Source: a virus | DNA length: 64,000 nt | Virus record (IMG/VR): IMGVR_UViG_3300031857_000038 | Span: 54,794-118,793 of that record | Direction: 5' to 3' (one strand) | Part shown: in pieces, positions 38,442 through 48,260 of the stretch | Layout: each line of letters opens with the position of its first letter | Numbering within the stretch: the first letter of the stretch is position 1 | The notes under the pieces: model-generated | Seen by the model: only the letters and a program-made list of their open reading frames with translations | What the model was told of the DNA's origin: nothing | The model's database searches: none | Position numbers and translations under genes: made by a program

Positions 38442-39268
38442 AGCAATATCACGATTTACTTGAAGACATACTAAATAACGGTGAACGAAAAGATGATAGA
38501 ACCGGAGTTGGTACTATCAGCGTATTCGGTCGTCAACTTAGATTTAATCTATCAGAGGGTTTCCCCGCTGTTACTACAAAGAAATTAGCGTGGAAATCAG
38601 TAGTAAGTGAATTATTGTGGTTTATAGAAGGGAGCGGAGATGAGAGAAGACTTGCGGAAATTTTACACGGATCCAGAGATACTGAACGTAGCACAATATG
38701 GACAGGAAACGCTCAAGCAGCTTATTGGACTCCAAAAGCGAGATACTACGGGGATTTGGGCAGAGTATACGGCGTACAGTGGAGAGACTGGCGAGGAGTT
38801 GACCAACTCTCAAATCTAATTGAGGGTATCAAGACTGACCCGAACGGTCGCAGACATATCATCACTGCGTGGAATGTAGACGAACTAGACAAGATGGCGT
38901 TGCCTCCCTGCCACGTTCTCGCACAGTTTTATGTAAGCAATGGCAAACTAAGCTGCCACATGTATCAGCGTAGCGTTGACGTATTCCTTGGACTACCCTT
39001 CAACATCGCTAGCTATGCATTACTCACTCACTTGATTGCACAGGTATGTGACCTAAAGGTAGGCGAACTTATCATTTCAACTGGCGACACGCATATCTAT
39101 AGCAATCATATTGAACAGGTTAACGAACAGTTAAGCAGAGAAGAATACCCATTACCTGCACTTTTCCTCAATCCTGAGATAAAAAACATTGACAAATTCG
39201 CAATGGATGATATACTGTTATTTGACTATCAGAGTCATGGAACTATTAAGGCTGATATGGCAGTATGA
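38438..39268 (+). CDS. thyA: Thymidylate synthase
   Basis: DRTGVGT, TTKKL, ELLWF, YGVQWR, MALPPCH, YQRSVDVFLGLPFN, GDTHIY. Confidence 0.96.
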   Translation: MKQYHDLLEDILNNGERKDDRTGVGTISVFGRQLRFNLSEGFPAVTTKKLAWKSVVSELLWFIEGSGDERRLAEILHGSRDTERSTIWTGNAQAAYWTPKARYYGDLGRVYGVQWRDWRGVDQLSNLIEGIKTDPNGRRHIITAWNVDELDKMALPPCHVLAQFYVSNGKLSCHMYQRSVDVFLGLPFNIASYALLTHLIAQVCDLKVGELIISTGDTHIYSNHIEQVNEQLSREEYPLPALFLNPEIKNIDKFAMDDILLFDYQSHGTIKADMAV

Positions 39269-39504
39269 AAACAATCGTTGCTCACCGTTTCACTGTCGGA
39301 GACGTTGAAGATCCTGATATCTATGCTGCCGAACCTCTTTGGGAATGGCAGAACAGCGAAGCAGGCAAGTGGGCAATGGAAAACTGTGCTGAGACTCCCA
39401 GTTGGCACCGTGTAATGGACCCGGCTAAATTTGGCTACACTTACCAAATAAAAATTGATTTGACCCCTGAACAATATACCTACTGGAAGTTGAAATACGA
39501 ATGA
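39265..39504 (+). CDS. Small phage protein (W/F-x-L-K-Y C-terminus)
   Basis: GDVEDPDIYAAEP..EW; ends TYWKLKYE. Confidence 0.65.
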   Translation: MKTIVAHRFTVGDVEDPDIYAAEPLWEWQNSEAGKWAMENCAETPSWHRVMDPAKFGYTYQIKIDLTPEQYTYWKLKYE

Positions 39505-39791
39505 AAACCCGTGAAGAAATCATCAATAACATGTGCATGACCTTCCGTCATGATTATGGTCTAGAAATCAGCGAAGATGATAGAATGTACACTCTTATGT
39601 CAGGTATGACGAAGCGTGAGCGTGAAGAATTGTACAACACGATGGCACAAATCTTCGATAATGATATTGCACCTCTTGTAGATTCTGCTATGAAGTATGA
39701 AGCCGGTACGCATTGTCCTATCCCTCAAAACATTGAGCAAGCTAAGGGCATGATGCTAATTGCTGAAAATTATTTGAAAAGCTATTCATGA
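39501..39791 (+). CDS. Hypothetical protein
   Basis: ATGA overlaps at both ends. Confidence 0.6.
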   Translation: MKTREEIINNMCMTFRHDYGLEISEDDRMYTLMSGMTKREREELYNTMAQIFDNDIAPLVDSAMKYEAGTHCPIPQNIEQAKGMMLIAENYLKSYS

Positions 39792-40756
39792 GAATTCTAG
39801 TAACAGGCGGCATGGGCTTCATTGGGCATAATATTGTTGCCCAACTTGAAGACATGGGATATGACGATATCACGCTTGTTGACAATTTTACTACATATGG
39901 AATCATTCCCGAAGATGAACTAAATGCTTTGATGCTAGAGCGTCAAACAAAAATCTCATCGGTCTGTTATGAATATAACATTGCACTATCAGAGGTAGAA
40001 ACTGCATTTAGAGCAGTAAAACCCGACCTTGTAATTCATCTTGCTAGCTTCCCTAGACAGAAGGTAGTCAACAGCAATCCTACATTAGCCGCAGATACTA
40101 TGATGAAAGGCTTACTCAACCTGTGCGAGTTGAGTTGTAAGTATCAAGTCAAGCGTTTTGTATATGTCAGCAGCAGCATGGTCTATGGTGACTTCAAAGA
40201 TGGCACTGATGAATATGCATTCTGCAAGCCGCAGGGTCAGTATGCTATTATGAAACTTGCGGGAGAGCATCTAGTCAGAGACTACGGTCATCGCGGATGC
40301 TTTGATTATACAATCGTTCGCCCCAGTGCTGTTTACGGTCCCTGTGACGTTGAGGATAGGGTAATCTCCAAATTCTTTATGGCTGCAATGCGGGACGAAG
40401 TGCTTAAGGTTAACGGGGAACACGAGCGACTAGACTTTACATACGTAGCAGATACCGCCTCAGGCATCGTAGGAGCGTCCCTTAGTAAGGACACAGCGTT
40501 CAGAACATATAACATTACTCGTGGCGAATCTAGAACCTTACTTGAAGCAGCACAGCTTATCACAAAGATTGTTGGCAAAGGTAAGATTGAAGTGACGCAT
40601 AAGAGCGAAGACTACCCAAGTCGCGGCACATTAAGTATCAACGCAGCCCGCAGAGACTTTGGATATAATCCCACTGTCAACATTGAAGAAGGATTCCAAA
40701 ACTACTATGAGTGGCTATCTAATTCCTCATTTTGGTCTAGCAAGACAATACTATAA
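39788..40756 (+). CDS. NAD-dependent nucleotide-sugar epimerase/dehydratase
   Basis: TGGMGFIG, HLAS, SSSMVYG, YAIMK (YxxxK), RPSAVYG, DFTYV. Confidence 0.9.
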   Translation: MRILVTGGMGFIGHNIVAQLEDMGYDDITLVDNFTTYGIIPEDELNALMLERQTKISSVCYEYNIALSEVETAFRAVKPDLVIHLASFPRQKVVNSNPTLAADTMMKGLLNLCELSCKYQVKRFVYVSSSMVYGDFKDGTDEYAFCKPQGQYAIMKLAGEHLVRDYGHRGCFDYTIVRPSAVYGPCDVEDRVISKFFMAAMRDEVLKVNGEHERLDFTYVADTASGIVGASLSKDTAFRTYNITRGESRTLLEAAQLITKIVGKGKIEVTHKSEDYPSRGTLSINAARRDFGYNPTVNIEEGFQNYYEWLSNSSFWSSKTIL

Positions 40757-41798
40757 CCTGCAAGATGAGTTGCTAGACGCAACGCATGAAGCCTTAAAGG
40801 AAGGGGTGTTGATTAATGGACCCTTCACTGCTACCTTTGAATCTTGGCTATGTGAGCGCACTGGTTGCAAGTACGCAACTGTTACACATAGTGGTACGCA
40901 AGCATTAGAGCTTATTGCAGGTTATCACTATGAAATGAATTTTTTGGCAGGATACGAAGAACCGCCTAAGATACGAATTCCAAACTTAACGTACCCTGCT
41001 ACACTTAACGCATTTCATACTACGGGCTGGGATATCGAACTAGTTGATACAGACAACACCGGTCTAATGAAATTTGACGAATATGAAGACCACTTAGGCA
41101 CCTATCATTGCTTTGTGGGACTGTACGGTGCTGCTGGAAAAAGAAATTTATATTCTCCCTTTATAGTAGACGGCGCCCAACATTGGTTATCAGTCACTAA
41201 AGATGAGGTAGGCGATGGTATGGCAATAAGCTTTGACCCAACAAAGAACTTGCCTTCAAGCGGTAACGGAGGAGCGATTGTTACTAATGACCAGTCATTG
41301 TATGAAGCCGTAAACGTAATAAAGAACAATGGAAAACCGGATCACTTCTATCCCGGAACTAATAGTAAGATGAGTGAGTTGGAATGCAGTCATCTATTAG
41401 TAAGAGCCAAATACATTGACAAATGGCAGTTACGAAGATACGATATCAGACGTTACTATTTGGAGCGTTTTGAAGACCTGCCCATCAGATGCTTGAGTAA
41501 GGGATATAACGGAGGCAGAGGATTAAACTGTCACGCCGATCAAAAATTCGTAATTTATACTAGTGATAGAAACGAACTGGTGCAATATCTATCTGACAAT
41601 AAGATTGAAGCTAAAGTTCATTATCCCTATGCACTTTCAGAACTTCCTATTGCTAAAGAGATTATCAATAAGCCTGACCTTATTAGTACAAGTGTAGCAT
41701 TGTCTAGAGGAGTATTGAGTCTACCCATCTATCCTGAACTTTCTGATAGTGAAATAGAAGCCGTTGCAGACACGGTTTGCAAGTTCTTTGATAAATAA
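40707..41798 (+). CDS. DegT/DnrJ/EryC1/StrS sugar aminotransferase
   Basis: SGTQALEL, VDGAQH, SFDPTKNL..GNGG, NSKMSE, HYP, LSLPIYP. Confidence 0.9.
   Translation: MSGYLIPHFGLARQYYNLQDELLDATHEALKEGVLINGPFTATFESWLCERTGCKYATVTHSGTQALELIAGYHYEMNFLAGYEEPPKIRIPNLTYPATLNAFHTTGWDIELVDTDNTGLMKFDEYEDHLGTYHCFVGLYGAAGKRNLYSPFIVDGAQHWLSVTKDEVGDGMAISFDPTKNLPSSGNGGAIVTNDQSLYEAVNVIKNNGKPDHFYPGTNSKMSELECSHLLVRAKYIDKWQLRRYDIRRYYLERFEDLPIRCLSKGYNGGRGLNCHADQKFVIYTSDRNELVQYLSDNKIEAKVHYPYALSELPIAKEIINKPDLISTSVALSRGVLSLPIYPELSDSEIEAVADTVCKFFDK
41792..41797 (+). promoter_or_regulatory. Late promoter core TAAATA
   Basis: gaTAAATA 8 nt before the ATG at 41806. Confidence 0.55.
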
Positions 41799-41805
41799 TA
41801 TTGTT

Positions 41806-42273
41806 ATGTCAATATTTTGGATTCTTACTTTTGTACCGACTTTTGTATTTAACCTAGCCCTCATCGTTGGGGTATTTGGGTTAATAGTTGCTGCTGTCGC
41901 AGGAAGAGTCCCATTCATAGCTCAATATAAGCTTCCTATTCAACTTCTTGCATTTGCTCTTACTATCGTAGCCGTCTTCTTTCAGGGCGCACTAGCATAT
42001 AAGCACAGCGTTGCGGTAGAAGTAGCTGAACTTAAGCTAAAATTAAAGAATGCAGAAGTTAAGTCAATGCAGACTAACACTGAAATTGTAGAAAAGATTG
42101 TATCTGATACGCAAATCATTCGTGAGAAGGGGCAAACAATCACTGAATATGTTGACAGAGAAGTTGTCAAGTATAATGAAAGATGTATCCTTCCAACAGA
42201 AGTAATCAACGCACACAATATGGCAGCAACACTTAAGCTGGACGAGGCTGCTACTGAGGAAAAACCAAAGTGA
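41806..42273 (+). CDS. Inner-membrane spanin (Rz-like)
   Basis: N-terminal TM helices, coiled coil, late Cys (ERCILP); overlaps a lipoprotein gene. Confidence 0.65.
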   Translation: MSIFWILTFVPTFVFNLALIVGVFGLIVAAVAGRVPFIAQYKLPIQLLAFALTIVAVFFQGALAYKHSVAVEVAELKLKLKNAEVKSMQTNTEIVEKIVSDTQIIREKGQTITEYVDREVVKYNERCILPTEVINAHNMAATLKLDEAATEEKPK

Positions 42274-42542
42274 AGAAACTACTAATTCTTCCCCTCTTTT
42301 TACTGTCTGGTTGTGCAGTTCACGTTGAACCAGTCACTGCTAAGTTTCCAGAAGCTCCTGCTACTCTACAAGAAAAATGTGCTGCCCTCAAAGAAGTTGC
42401 TGCGGACGCCTCACTGACAGATTTCACGAAAATAGTAGTAGAAAACTACATTCTATATCACGAATGCAGCCGCAAAGTTGAAGGTTGGCACGAGTGGTAC
42501 TCCAAACAAAAAGCTATATTTGAAGAGGCTACCAAAAAGTAA
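42270..42542 (+). CDS. Outer-membrane lipoprotein spanin (Rz1-like)
   Basis: Lipobox LLSGC; P...L...C...NY..YHEC pattern. Confidence 0.72.
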   Translation: MKKLLILPLFLLSGCAVHVEPVTAKFPEAPATLQEKCAALKEVAADASLTDFTKIVVENYILYHECSRKVEGWHEWYSKQKAIFEEATKK

Positions 42543-42559
42543 TCTTGAGTCTAGTATGA

Positions 42560-42565
42560 TAAATA
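42560..42565 (+). promoter_or_regulatory. Late promoter TAAATA within a small inverted repeat (TCTAGTAT...ATACTAGA)
   Basis: Intergenic, upstream of a structural gene. Confidence 0.55.
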
Positions 42566-42588
42566 CTAGATAACAACGGAAGATTACT

Positions 42589-43128
42589 ATGGCTACCCAA
42601 GAAATTATTAACATTGGTACACTACCTAACGATGGCGAAGGCGATCCGCTAAGAGTAGCATTTGCTAAAATTAATAATAACTTTTCCAATCTTTTCCCTA
42701 CTGGAATAAACACAAGTAGTTCTTATACTAACGGGAACACTGCCGGCCAGCTTATCTTCGAAACAAATGCAAATACCTTTACAACAGCACAGCTTTATAT
42801 GTACGCTGCTGATGCTGAGGGTAATAGCAGTCAATCAATGCAGCTTAACGCACAAATTAATCAAGCACTAGATGATGCAAAGTTTAGCGCAGTTGGAACT
42901 TCCGTGTTTGGCACTCCACTAACAAACTACAGTATGCGAGTATCAGGTGGTAACGTTCAGTTATTAGCAAATCCACTAGTGGACTCAACTGTCTTTCACT
43001 TCATTGGCTCTCAGATTCTTTGGATAGGTGCAAATGTTCCTGGATTGCTAATGGGTCTTGACGGATATGTTGATTCAGTAATGTCTACTGAAAATGACTT
43101 GAACGTATCAACCGAGCAAGCATTCTAA
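42589..43128 (+). CDS. Virion structural protein with a T4 gp9/gp10-type N-terminal motif
   Basis: INIGTLPNDGEGDPLRVAFAKINNNF. Confidence 0.75.
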   Translation: MATQEIINIGTLPNDGEGDPLRVAFAKINNNFSNLFPTGINTSSSYTNGNTAGQLIFETNANTFTTAQLYMYAADAEGNSSQSMQLNAQINQALDDAKFSAVGTSVFGTPLTNYSMRVSGGNVQLLANPLVDSTVFHFIGSQILWIGANVPGLLMGLDGYVDSVMSTENDLNVSTEQAF

Positions 43129-43523
43129 TGAGAGCGCATGAATTCATAACCGAATCGGTCACGGATGGTTTAAGTGTTGCTTCCTACGCACTACCAAACA
43201 CCTTTGTTATTCCTGATTTAAAGAATAATGACTTCTATGAATTGTATAGATTCGGAGTAGCAATCGCAGATGTTCGCGGAACAAACGGTCTCGATGACGG
43301 TGTTCAAAATGGATTCAAGCACGAATTTAAAGCAGAAACTGCCTGGGGCGAGAATCAAGTAGTATCTTCTGAATTTGATGCTGACATTGGAAACATCATC
43401 GATCAGGCATTAGCAAAAGTAGGCAAACGTGGTAAAAAATCAGTAAGTACGCCAGGAAGCGATGAGATACCAAATACTGGTACGCAGTCTACTCTTAAGC
43501 CTTTCAAAGGATACAAGCGATGA
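43128..43523 (+). CDS. Putative internal head protein (paralog 1)
   Basis: N-terminus MRAHEFITE resembles T4 capsid-targeting sequences; ends SDE...KPFKGYKR. Confidence 0.6.
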   Translation: MRAHEFITESVTDGLSVASYALPNTFVIPDLKNNDFYELYRFGVAIADVRGTNGLDDGVQNGFKHEFKAETAWGENQVVSSEFDADIGNIIDQALAKVGKRGKKSVSTPGSDEIPNTGTQSTLKPFKGYKR

Positions 43524-43900
43524 GAGCGCACGAGTTTATAACTGAAGAATCACATGGCACTCGTGCTGGTAAGGTATCTAAGCGCCAGCAACAGTCTACT
43601 GTTGGATTAAATGTATTTGCTATTAGTCAGTACGATAGAACATATGACTTGAATAGAGTCATGATGGCTGTTGCATCAACTGATGGCGAAACTATTCCTG
43701 ATATAGAGCAAGAAAGTTGGGTGGGTAAACAAAATACTGCTCACCCATACACTAAAGTAGAGCAAGATATGTTAAAGATAGCATATAAAGCAGCAGGCAT
43801 CCCCTTTAAAGATTTGAACAAGGGTGATTTGGATAGTGAAGAACTAGATTCTACACAAGACCAAAGCCCAATAAAGCCCTTCAAAGGATATAAGAAGTGA
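43520..43900 (+). CDS. Putative internal head protein (paralog 2)
   Basis: MRAHEFITE; DRTYDLNRVMMAVA.TDG; ends SPIKPFKGYKK. Confidence 0.6.
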   Translation: MRAHEFITEESHGTRAGKVSKRQQQSTVGLNVFAISQYDRTYDLNRVMMAVASTDGETIPDIEQESWVGKQNTAHPYTKVEQDMLKIAYKAAGIPFKDLNKGDLDSEELDSTQDQSPIKPFKGYKK

Positions 43901-44277
43901 GAGCCAGTGAATTTTTGAACGAAGGGGACAAAGGTAAGGTCCCTAAAAGACATAACAAAGCCCAGCCCGGCGGTTATAAGTTCAAGGATGACGGCACTGA
44001 CAGAACTTATCACCTGAATCAAATCATGAAAGCAGTAGCTATGGCAGATGGTTCATCTACTAAAGCACTTAAAATGGATGATGAAAGCTTTGTCGGTAAG
44101 AACAACGTAGCGTATCCATACAGTGATTTAGAACATAACATGATGCAACAAGCATTCAACACTGTATCTCCCACTCAAGCTAATCAAATGATTAAAGGTA
44201 GAGGTAGTGATGAACTTGACATTGTTAATAAGATTAGCCCTGTAGCAAAACGTCCAAAAGATCACAGAAAAAAATAA
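43897..44277 (+). CDS. Putative internal head protein (paralog 3)
   Basis: MRASEFLNE; DRTYHLNQIMKAVAMADG; ES.VG.N..YPY. Confidence 0.6.
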   Translation: MRASEFLNEGDKGKVPKRHNKAQPGGYKFKDDGTDRTYHLNQIMKAVAMADGSSTKALKMDDESFVGKNNVAYPYSDLEHNMMQQAFNTVSPTQANQMIKGRGSDELDIVNKISPVAKRPKDHRKK

Positions 44278-44307
44278 TTACGCTACTTTCACCTGATAAG
44301 TAATTTC

Positions 44308-45012
44308 ATGAACAACTTAATCGACATTAACCAAACCCTCGACCTCATCAAGCTTAAGTTTTATAACGAATGGCTTTACACCGCCCACATTTACGATGAG
44401 GGCGACAGTCAATTCCATAAGGAGCTGACTACTCAAGTAGTAAAAACTTATGTTGACCCACTTGAACTACCAAAAGATGCACACATTCTTGACTTAGGAT
44501 GTGGCCCTGGCTATTTCTTAGACGAAATGAAAGAACGTGAGTATACTAACATTCACGGTGTAACTCTAAGCCCCGGCGATATTGCTATCTGTGAGGGCAA
44601 GGGACACGATATTAAGAAATATGATTTGAGCTTCTTGCCACAGAAGGATGGTTACTATGACGAATCAGTTGACTTCATCTTCTTGCGCCACGCACTAGAA
44701 CATAGTCCTTATCCTATCTTCTCATTGATGGAATACAATCGTGTATTGAAGCAAGGTTCTAAGATTTATATTGAAGTTCCTGCTCCTGACTGCGATAGAA
44801 AGCACGAATTCAATTTGAATCACTATAGTATTTTAGGAGCAAATCAATTGGCTGCACTACTACAGCGAACAGGATTTGACATTGATAAGTTCAATAATCT
44901 TGAATTTGATCTTAATGTTCCTAATCCAGAGAATCCTGAAGAATCTAAAAAAGCCAAAGAAACATACTACTGTATTGTCGCTACTAAAGCAAGACCCTTA
45001 GATATCAAATAA
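44308..45012 (+). CDS. Class I SAM-dependent methyltransferase
   Basis: ILDLGCGPG, DFIFLRHALEHS, NRVLK.G..IYIEVP; TAAGTA 5 nt upstream. Confidence 0.88.
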   Translation: MNNLIDINQTLDLIKLKFYNEWLYTAHIYDEGDSQFHKELTTQVVKTYVDPLELPKDAHILDLGCGPGYFLDEMKEREYTNIHGVTLSPGDIAICEGKGHDIKKYDLSFLPQKDGYYDESVDFIFLRHALEHSPYPIFSLMEYNRVLKQGSKIYIEVPAPDCDRKHEFNLNHYSILGANQLAALLQRTGFDIDKFNNLEFDLNVPNPENPEESKKAKETYYCIVATKARPLDIK

Positions 45013-45018
45013 GTAAGA

Positions 45019-45053
45019 TAAATACTCTCATAGAAATGTGAGAGTATTTTTTT
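45019..45053 (+). terminator. Terminator hairpin overlapping a late promoter
   Basis: AATACTCTCATA-GAAA-TGTGAGAGTATT followed by a T-run; TAAATA at 45019-45024 overlaps the 5' arm. Confidence 0.65.
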
Positions 45054-46676
45054 ATGGCATTCCCTGAACCAACCGAAGTTTCCCCCTGGTACTTACGAAA
45101 TATTACTCAAGCCTTAGGGTTAGATGAAACAACCGGTAATGTTTACATGCGTTCAAGCATTGTGGGCGGTAATGTCACTATCTCCGGCAATGTTATTGTT
45201 AGTAATGTTACAGTAGATGCACTAGGAAATGTTGATGTTTCCGGTAACACCCTCCCCGTTAGCGGCAATATCAACATAGATGCAGGTAATGTAACTGTAT
45301 TTCAGGGTACTGATCCTTGGATAGTTGAAGGTAATGTCAATGCAAACGTTACTGGCAATGTAAACATTGACAACAGTGTTGAAGTCACGCAGGGCACTGA
45401 TCCTTGGATGGTTGAAGGTAATGTAGGCATTAGTGGCACTGCACAAGTATCATTTGCTCAGGAAGCAACAGACGCATTCGGTAGACTTAGAGTTAGCAAC
45501 CCATATACTATATTTGACACACAAGCACGATATTATGATCATGAACAGTTTAGTTCTAGTATTACAGGAACCGCAGATGTTGATTATGATGCCGACTCAA
45601 GTTCATATGAACTTACTGTAGGTCAAACTTCAGGCGACAGTGTTCTAAGAGAAACGACTAAAACTTTCCCATATCAACCAGGCAAGAGTTTGTTGATTCT
45701 TTCTTCATTCAGTATGAGTACTCCCAAAGCAAATCTTCGTCAAAGAATAGGATATTTTGGTGAAGACAATGGTATCTATTTTGAAGTTGCTGGCACTACG
45801 CTTAATATGGTAATTAGAAGTAGTAGTACAGGCGTACTCGTAGAAGATAGAATTCCACAAAGTCAATGGAACGGTGACAGGCTAAATGGCGCTGGCGGCG
45901 CTAATAACCCAAGTGGAATTGATTTAGACCCAGCACTAGACCAAATCTTTTGGATAGATGTTGAATGGTTGGGTGTAGGAACTGTTAGAGTAGGATTCAT
46001 TATTGACGGTGTTTACATTACTTGCCACTCATTCAACCACGCAAATGTAATAAGCACTCCATCTACTGATAACACCACAACATATATGACCACTGCGACA
46101 CTTCCATTGCGTTGTGAACTTACTAATACCGGGGCAACTGCGTCTCCAAGCTTGATGAGACAAATTTGTGCTAGTGTTATTAGTGAAGGTGGATTCCAAT
46201 TATCAGGATCAGGTAATCCAAAAGCAGCCTCACATCTGCTTGGTACTCCAGTAAGATTACCTAACGATGCAAGTTTCAAACCAGTTATAGCAATAAGACT
46301 AAAAAGCACTATGCTAGATGCAGTAGTCATCCCCATTAATTATACATTGGTTCCAGTTGCAGGAAGCATGTTCCAATATCGTGTTTATAAACGAGCCATT
46401 ACATCAGGCGGCACCTGGGTAGATAGTGCGGCAGACAGTGCCGTTCAATATAATCTTACACCCACTGCATTAGTAAGTGGCGACATTGCCGAACAATCAT
46501 TTATTAACTCAACTAACCAAAGTAGTGGATCACCTACGCAAGAAACATTTACATTTACATATCAATTAGAGCGAGAACCATTCACTGGTGTTGCTTACGA
46601 ATATGTCATTACAATGGCAACTACTGGTACTAACCAAGATATTTACGCAAGTGTGGAATGGCAAGAGATAACCTAA
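45054..46676 (+). CDS. Putative virion structural/fibre protein
   Basis: N-terminal V-x-G-N-V beta repeats, duplicated QGTDPWxVEGNV (45303, 45390), DAFGRLRVSNP, beta-rich body. Confidence 0.6.
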   Translation: MAFPEPTEVSPWYLRNITQALGLDETTGNVYMRSSIVGGNVTISGNVIVSNVTVDALGNVDVSGNTLPVSGNINIDAGNVTVFQGTDPWIVEGNVNANVTGNVNIDNSVEVTQGTDPWMVEGNVGISGTAQVSFAQEATDAFGRLRVSNPYTIFDTQARYYDHEQFSSSITGTADVDYDADSSSYELTVGQTSGDSVLRETTKTFPYQPGKSLLILSSFSMSTPKANLRQRIGYFGEDNGIYFEVAGTTLNMVIRSSSTGVLVEDRIPQSQWNGDRLNGAGGANNPSGIDLDPALDQIFWIDVEWLGVGTVRVGFIIDGVYITCHSFNHANVISTPSTDNTTTYMTTATLPLRCELTNTGATASPSLMRQICASVISEGGFQLSGSGNPKAASHLLGTPVRLPNDASFKPVIAIRLKSTMLDAVVIPINYTLVPVAGSMFQYRVYKRAITSGGTWVDSAADSAVQYNLTPTALVSGDIAEQSFINSTNQSSGSPTQETFTFTYQLEREPFTGVAYEYVITMATTGTNQDIYASVEWQEIT

Positions 46677-46683
46677 CACTAAC

Positions 46684-46689
46684 TAAATA
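46684..46689 (+). promoter_or_regulatory. Late promoter core TAAATA
   Basis: 5 nt before the terminase ATG. Confidence 0.6.
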
Positions 46690-46694
46690 GTTAT

Positions 46695-48242
46695 ATGGCA
46701 AATACACCAACATTAATCAAGGATCCCTACAAGAAAACTGTATTCAAGAACCAAAAGGAACTTGATGAGTTTATGAAGTGTTGTGACCCTGAAACTGGTT
46801 ATCTATACTTTATGGATAACTTCTTCATGATTCAGCATCCTACTAAAGGGTCAATGAATTATCACCCTTGGGAATATCAAGAAAGACTGATTGATACATA
46901 CCATCGCTATCGTTTCTCTATCTCACTCATGCCAAGGCAGAGTGGTAAGTCAACATCAGCAGCAGGGTATCTGCTTTGGTACGCTATGTTCGTCCCTGAT
47001 TCTACTATTCTAATTGCAGCACACAAGTATACCGGCGCACAAGAAATTATGCAACGCATTCGTTATGCATATGAAAACTGTCCTGACCACATCAAAGCTG
47101 GTGTAACTACTTACAACAAAGGTTCACTTGATTTTGAGAACGGATCACGTATCGTATCTGCTACTACGACTGAAAACACAGGTCGTGGTATGTCTATCAC
47201 ACTGCTATATCTTGACGAATTTGCGTTCGTTCGTCCCTCAATTGCGCAGGAATTCTGGACTGCTATTACTCCTACTCTATCAACTGGTGGTAAGGCAATC
47301 ATCACTTCTACTCCAAACAGTGACGAAGACCAATTCGCTCTTATTTGGAAAGGCGCTAACAAGACTGAGGATGAGTTCGGCAACACTACTGAGTTAGGTG
47401 TCAACGGTTTTAGAGCATATAGAGCATACTGGCACGAGCAGCCCGGAAGAGATGAGAAATGGGCTGCTGAGATGAAGGCTCAGTTAGGTGAAGACAGATT
47501 CAATCGTGAAATAGGTTGCGAATTCATTATCGCAGATGAAACACTCATCAATCCAAACACTCTTATAATGCTTGAAGGTATTGAACCCATCAATAGATTA
47601 GGTCAAATACGTTGGTATAAGCAACCTGAAAAGGGTAGACTATATGTAGTTGCACTTGACCCGTCATTGGGTACAGGCGGAGACCCCGCTGCTATTCAGA
47701 TATTTGAAGCAAGCACTACTACACAGATAGGTGAGTGGAAACACAATAAGACTGATATCCCTAGTCAGATTAAACTACTTGCTGAGATTTGCAAGTATAT
47801 TGCAGAAATAACAAAAGAACCAAACAGTATCTATTATAGCATTGAGAACAATGGTATTGGTCAGGCTGCTATTGTGTCATTAAATGAGTACGGGGAATCT
47901 AATATACCTGGCATCTTTATTAGTGAGACGGGTAGAGGTAAACGAGGATTTACTACTACCAATAAGCCTAAGCTAGCTGCTTGTGCTAAGTTCAAAACAC
48001 TGCTAGAATCAAAGAAGATGACCATACATAGTCGCTCTCTTATTAGTGAATTGAAAGCGTTTGTTGCTAGCGGCGGAAGCTATGCAGCTAAGATTGGTGA
48101 CACTGATGACTTAGTAATGTCATCCTTACTTGCCGTTCGTATGATGACACAGCTAGCAGACTTTCACGGGGACTTAGAAAGTCAAATCAGAGACCACGAT
48201 GAGATAATTCAACCACTGCCATTCTTTGCCGTCTTAGGCTAA
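46695..48242 (+). CDS. 17: Terminase large subunit (T4 gp17-like)
   Basis: YQ Q-motif, Walker A PRQSGKS, GRG, Walker B LYLDEFAF, ITSTPN, nuclease ALDPS, DDLVM. Confidence 0.95.
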   Translation: MANTPTLIKDPYKKTVFKNQKELDEFMKCCDPETGYLYFMDNFFMIQHPTKGSMNYHPWEYQERLIDTYHRYRFSISLMPRQSGKSTSAAGYLLWYAMFVPDSTILIAAHKYTGAQEIMQRIRYAYENCPDHIKAGVTTYNKGSLDFENGSRIVSATTTENTGRGMSITLLYLDEFAFVRPSIAQEFWTAITPTLSTGGKAIITSTPNSDEDQFALIWKGANKTEDEFGNTTELGVNGFRAYRAYWHEQPGRDEKWAAEMKAQLGEDRFNREIGCEFIIADETLINPNTLIMLEGIEPINRLGQIRWYKQPEKGRLYVVALDPSLGTGGDPAAIQIFEASTTTQIGEWKHNKTDIPSQIKLLAEICKYIAEITKEPNSIYYSIENNGIGQAAIVSLNEYGESNIPGIFISETGRGKRGFTTTNKPKLAACAKFKTLLESKKMTIHSRSLISELKAFVASGGSYAAKIGDTDDLVMSSLLAVRMMTQLADFHGDLESQIRDHDEIIQPLPFFAVLG

Positions 48243-48249
48243 TTTGGCA

Positions 48250-48255
48250 TAAATA
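48250..48255 (+). promoter_or_regulatory. Late promoter core TAAATA
   Basis: caTAAATA 5 nt before the ATG at 48261. Confidence 0.6.
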
Positions 48256-48260
48256 TACAT

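Noticed and set aside
38438-39268. Group I intron in thyA, or a base-modifying TS variant
   Set aside because: The ORF is continuous and of normal length, with canonical catalytic motifs
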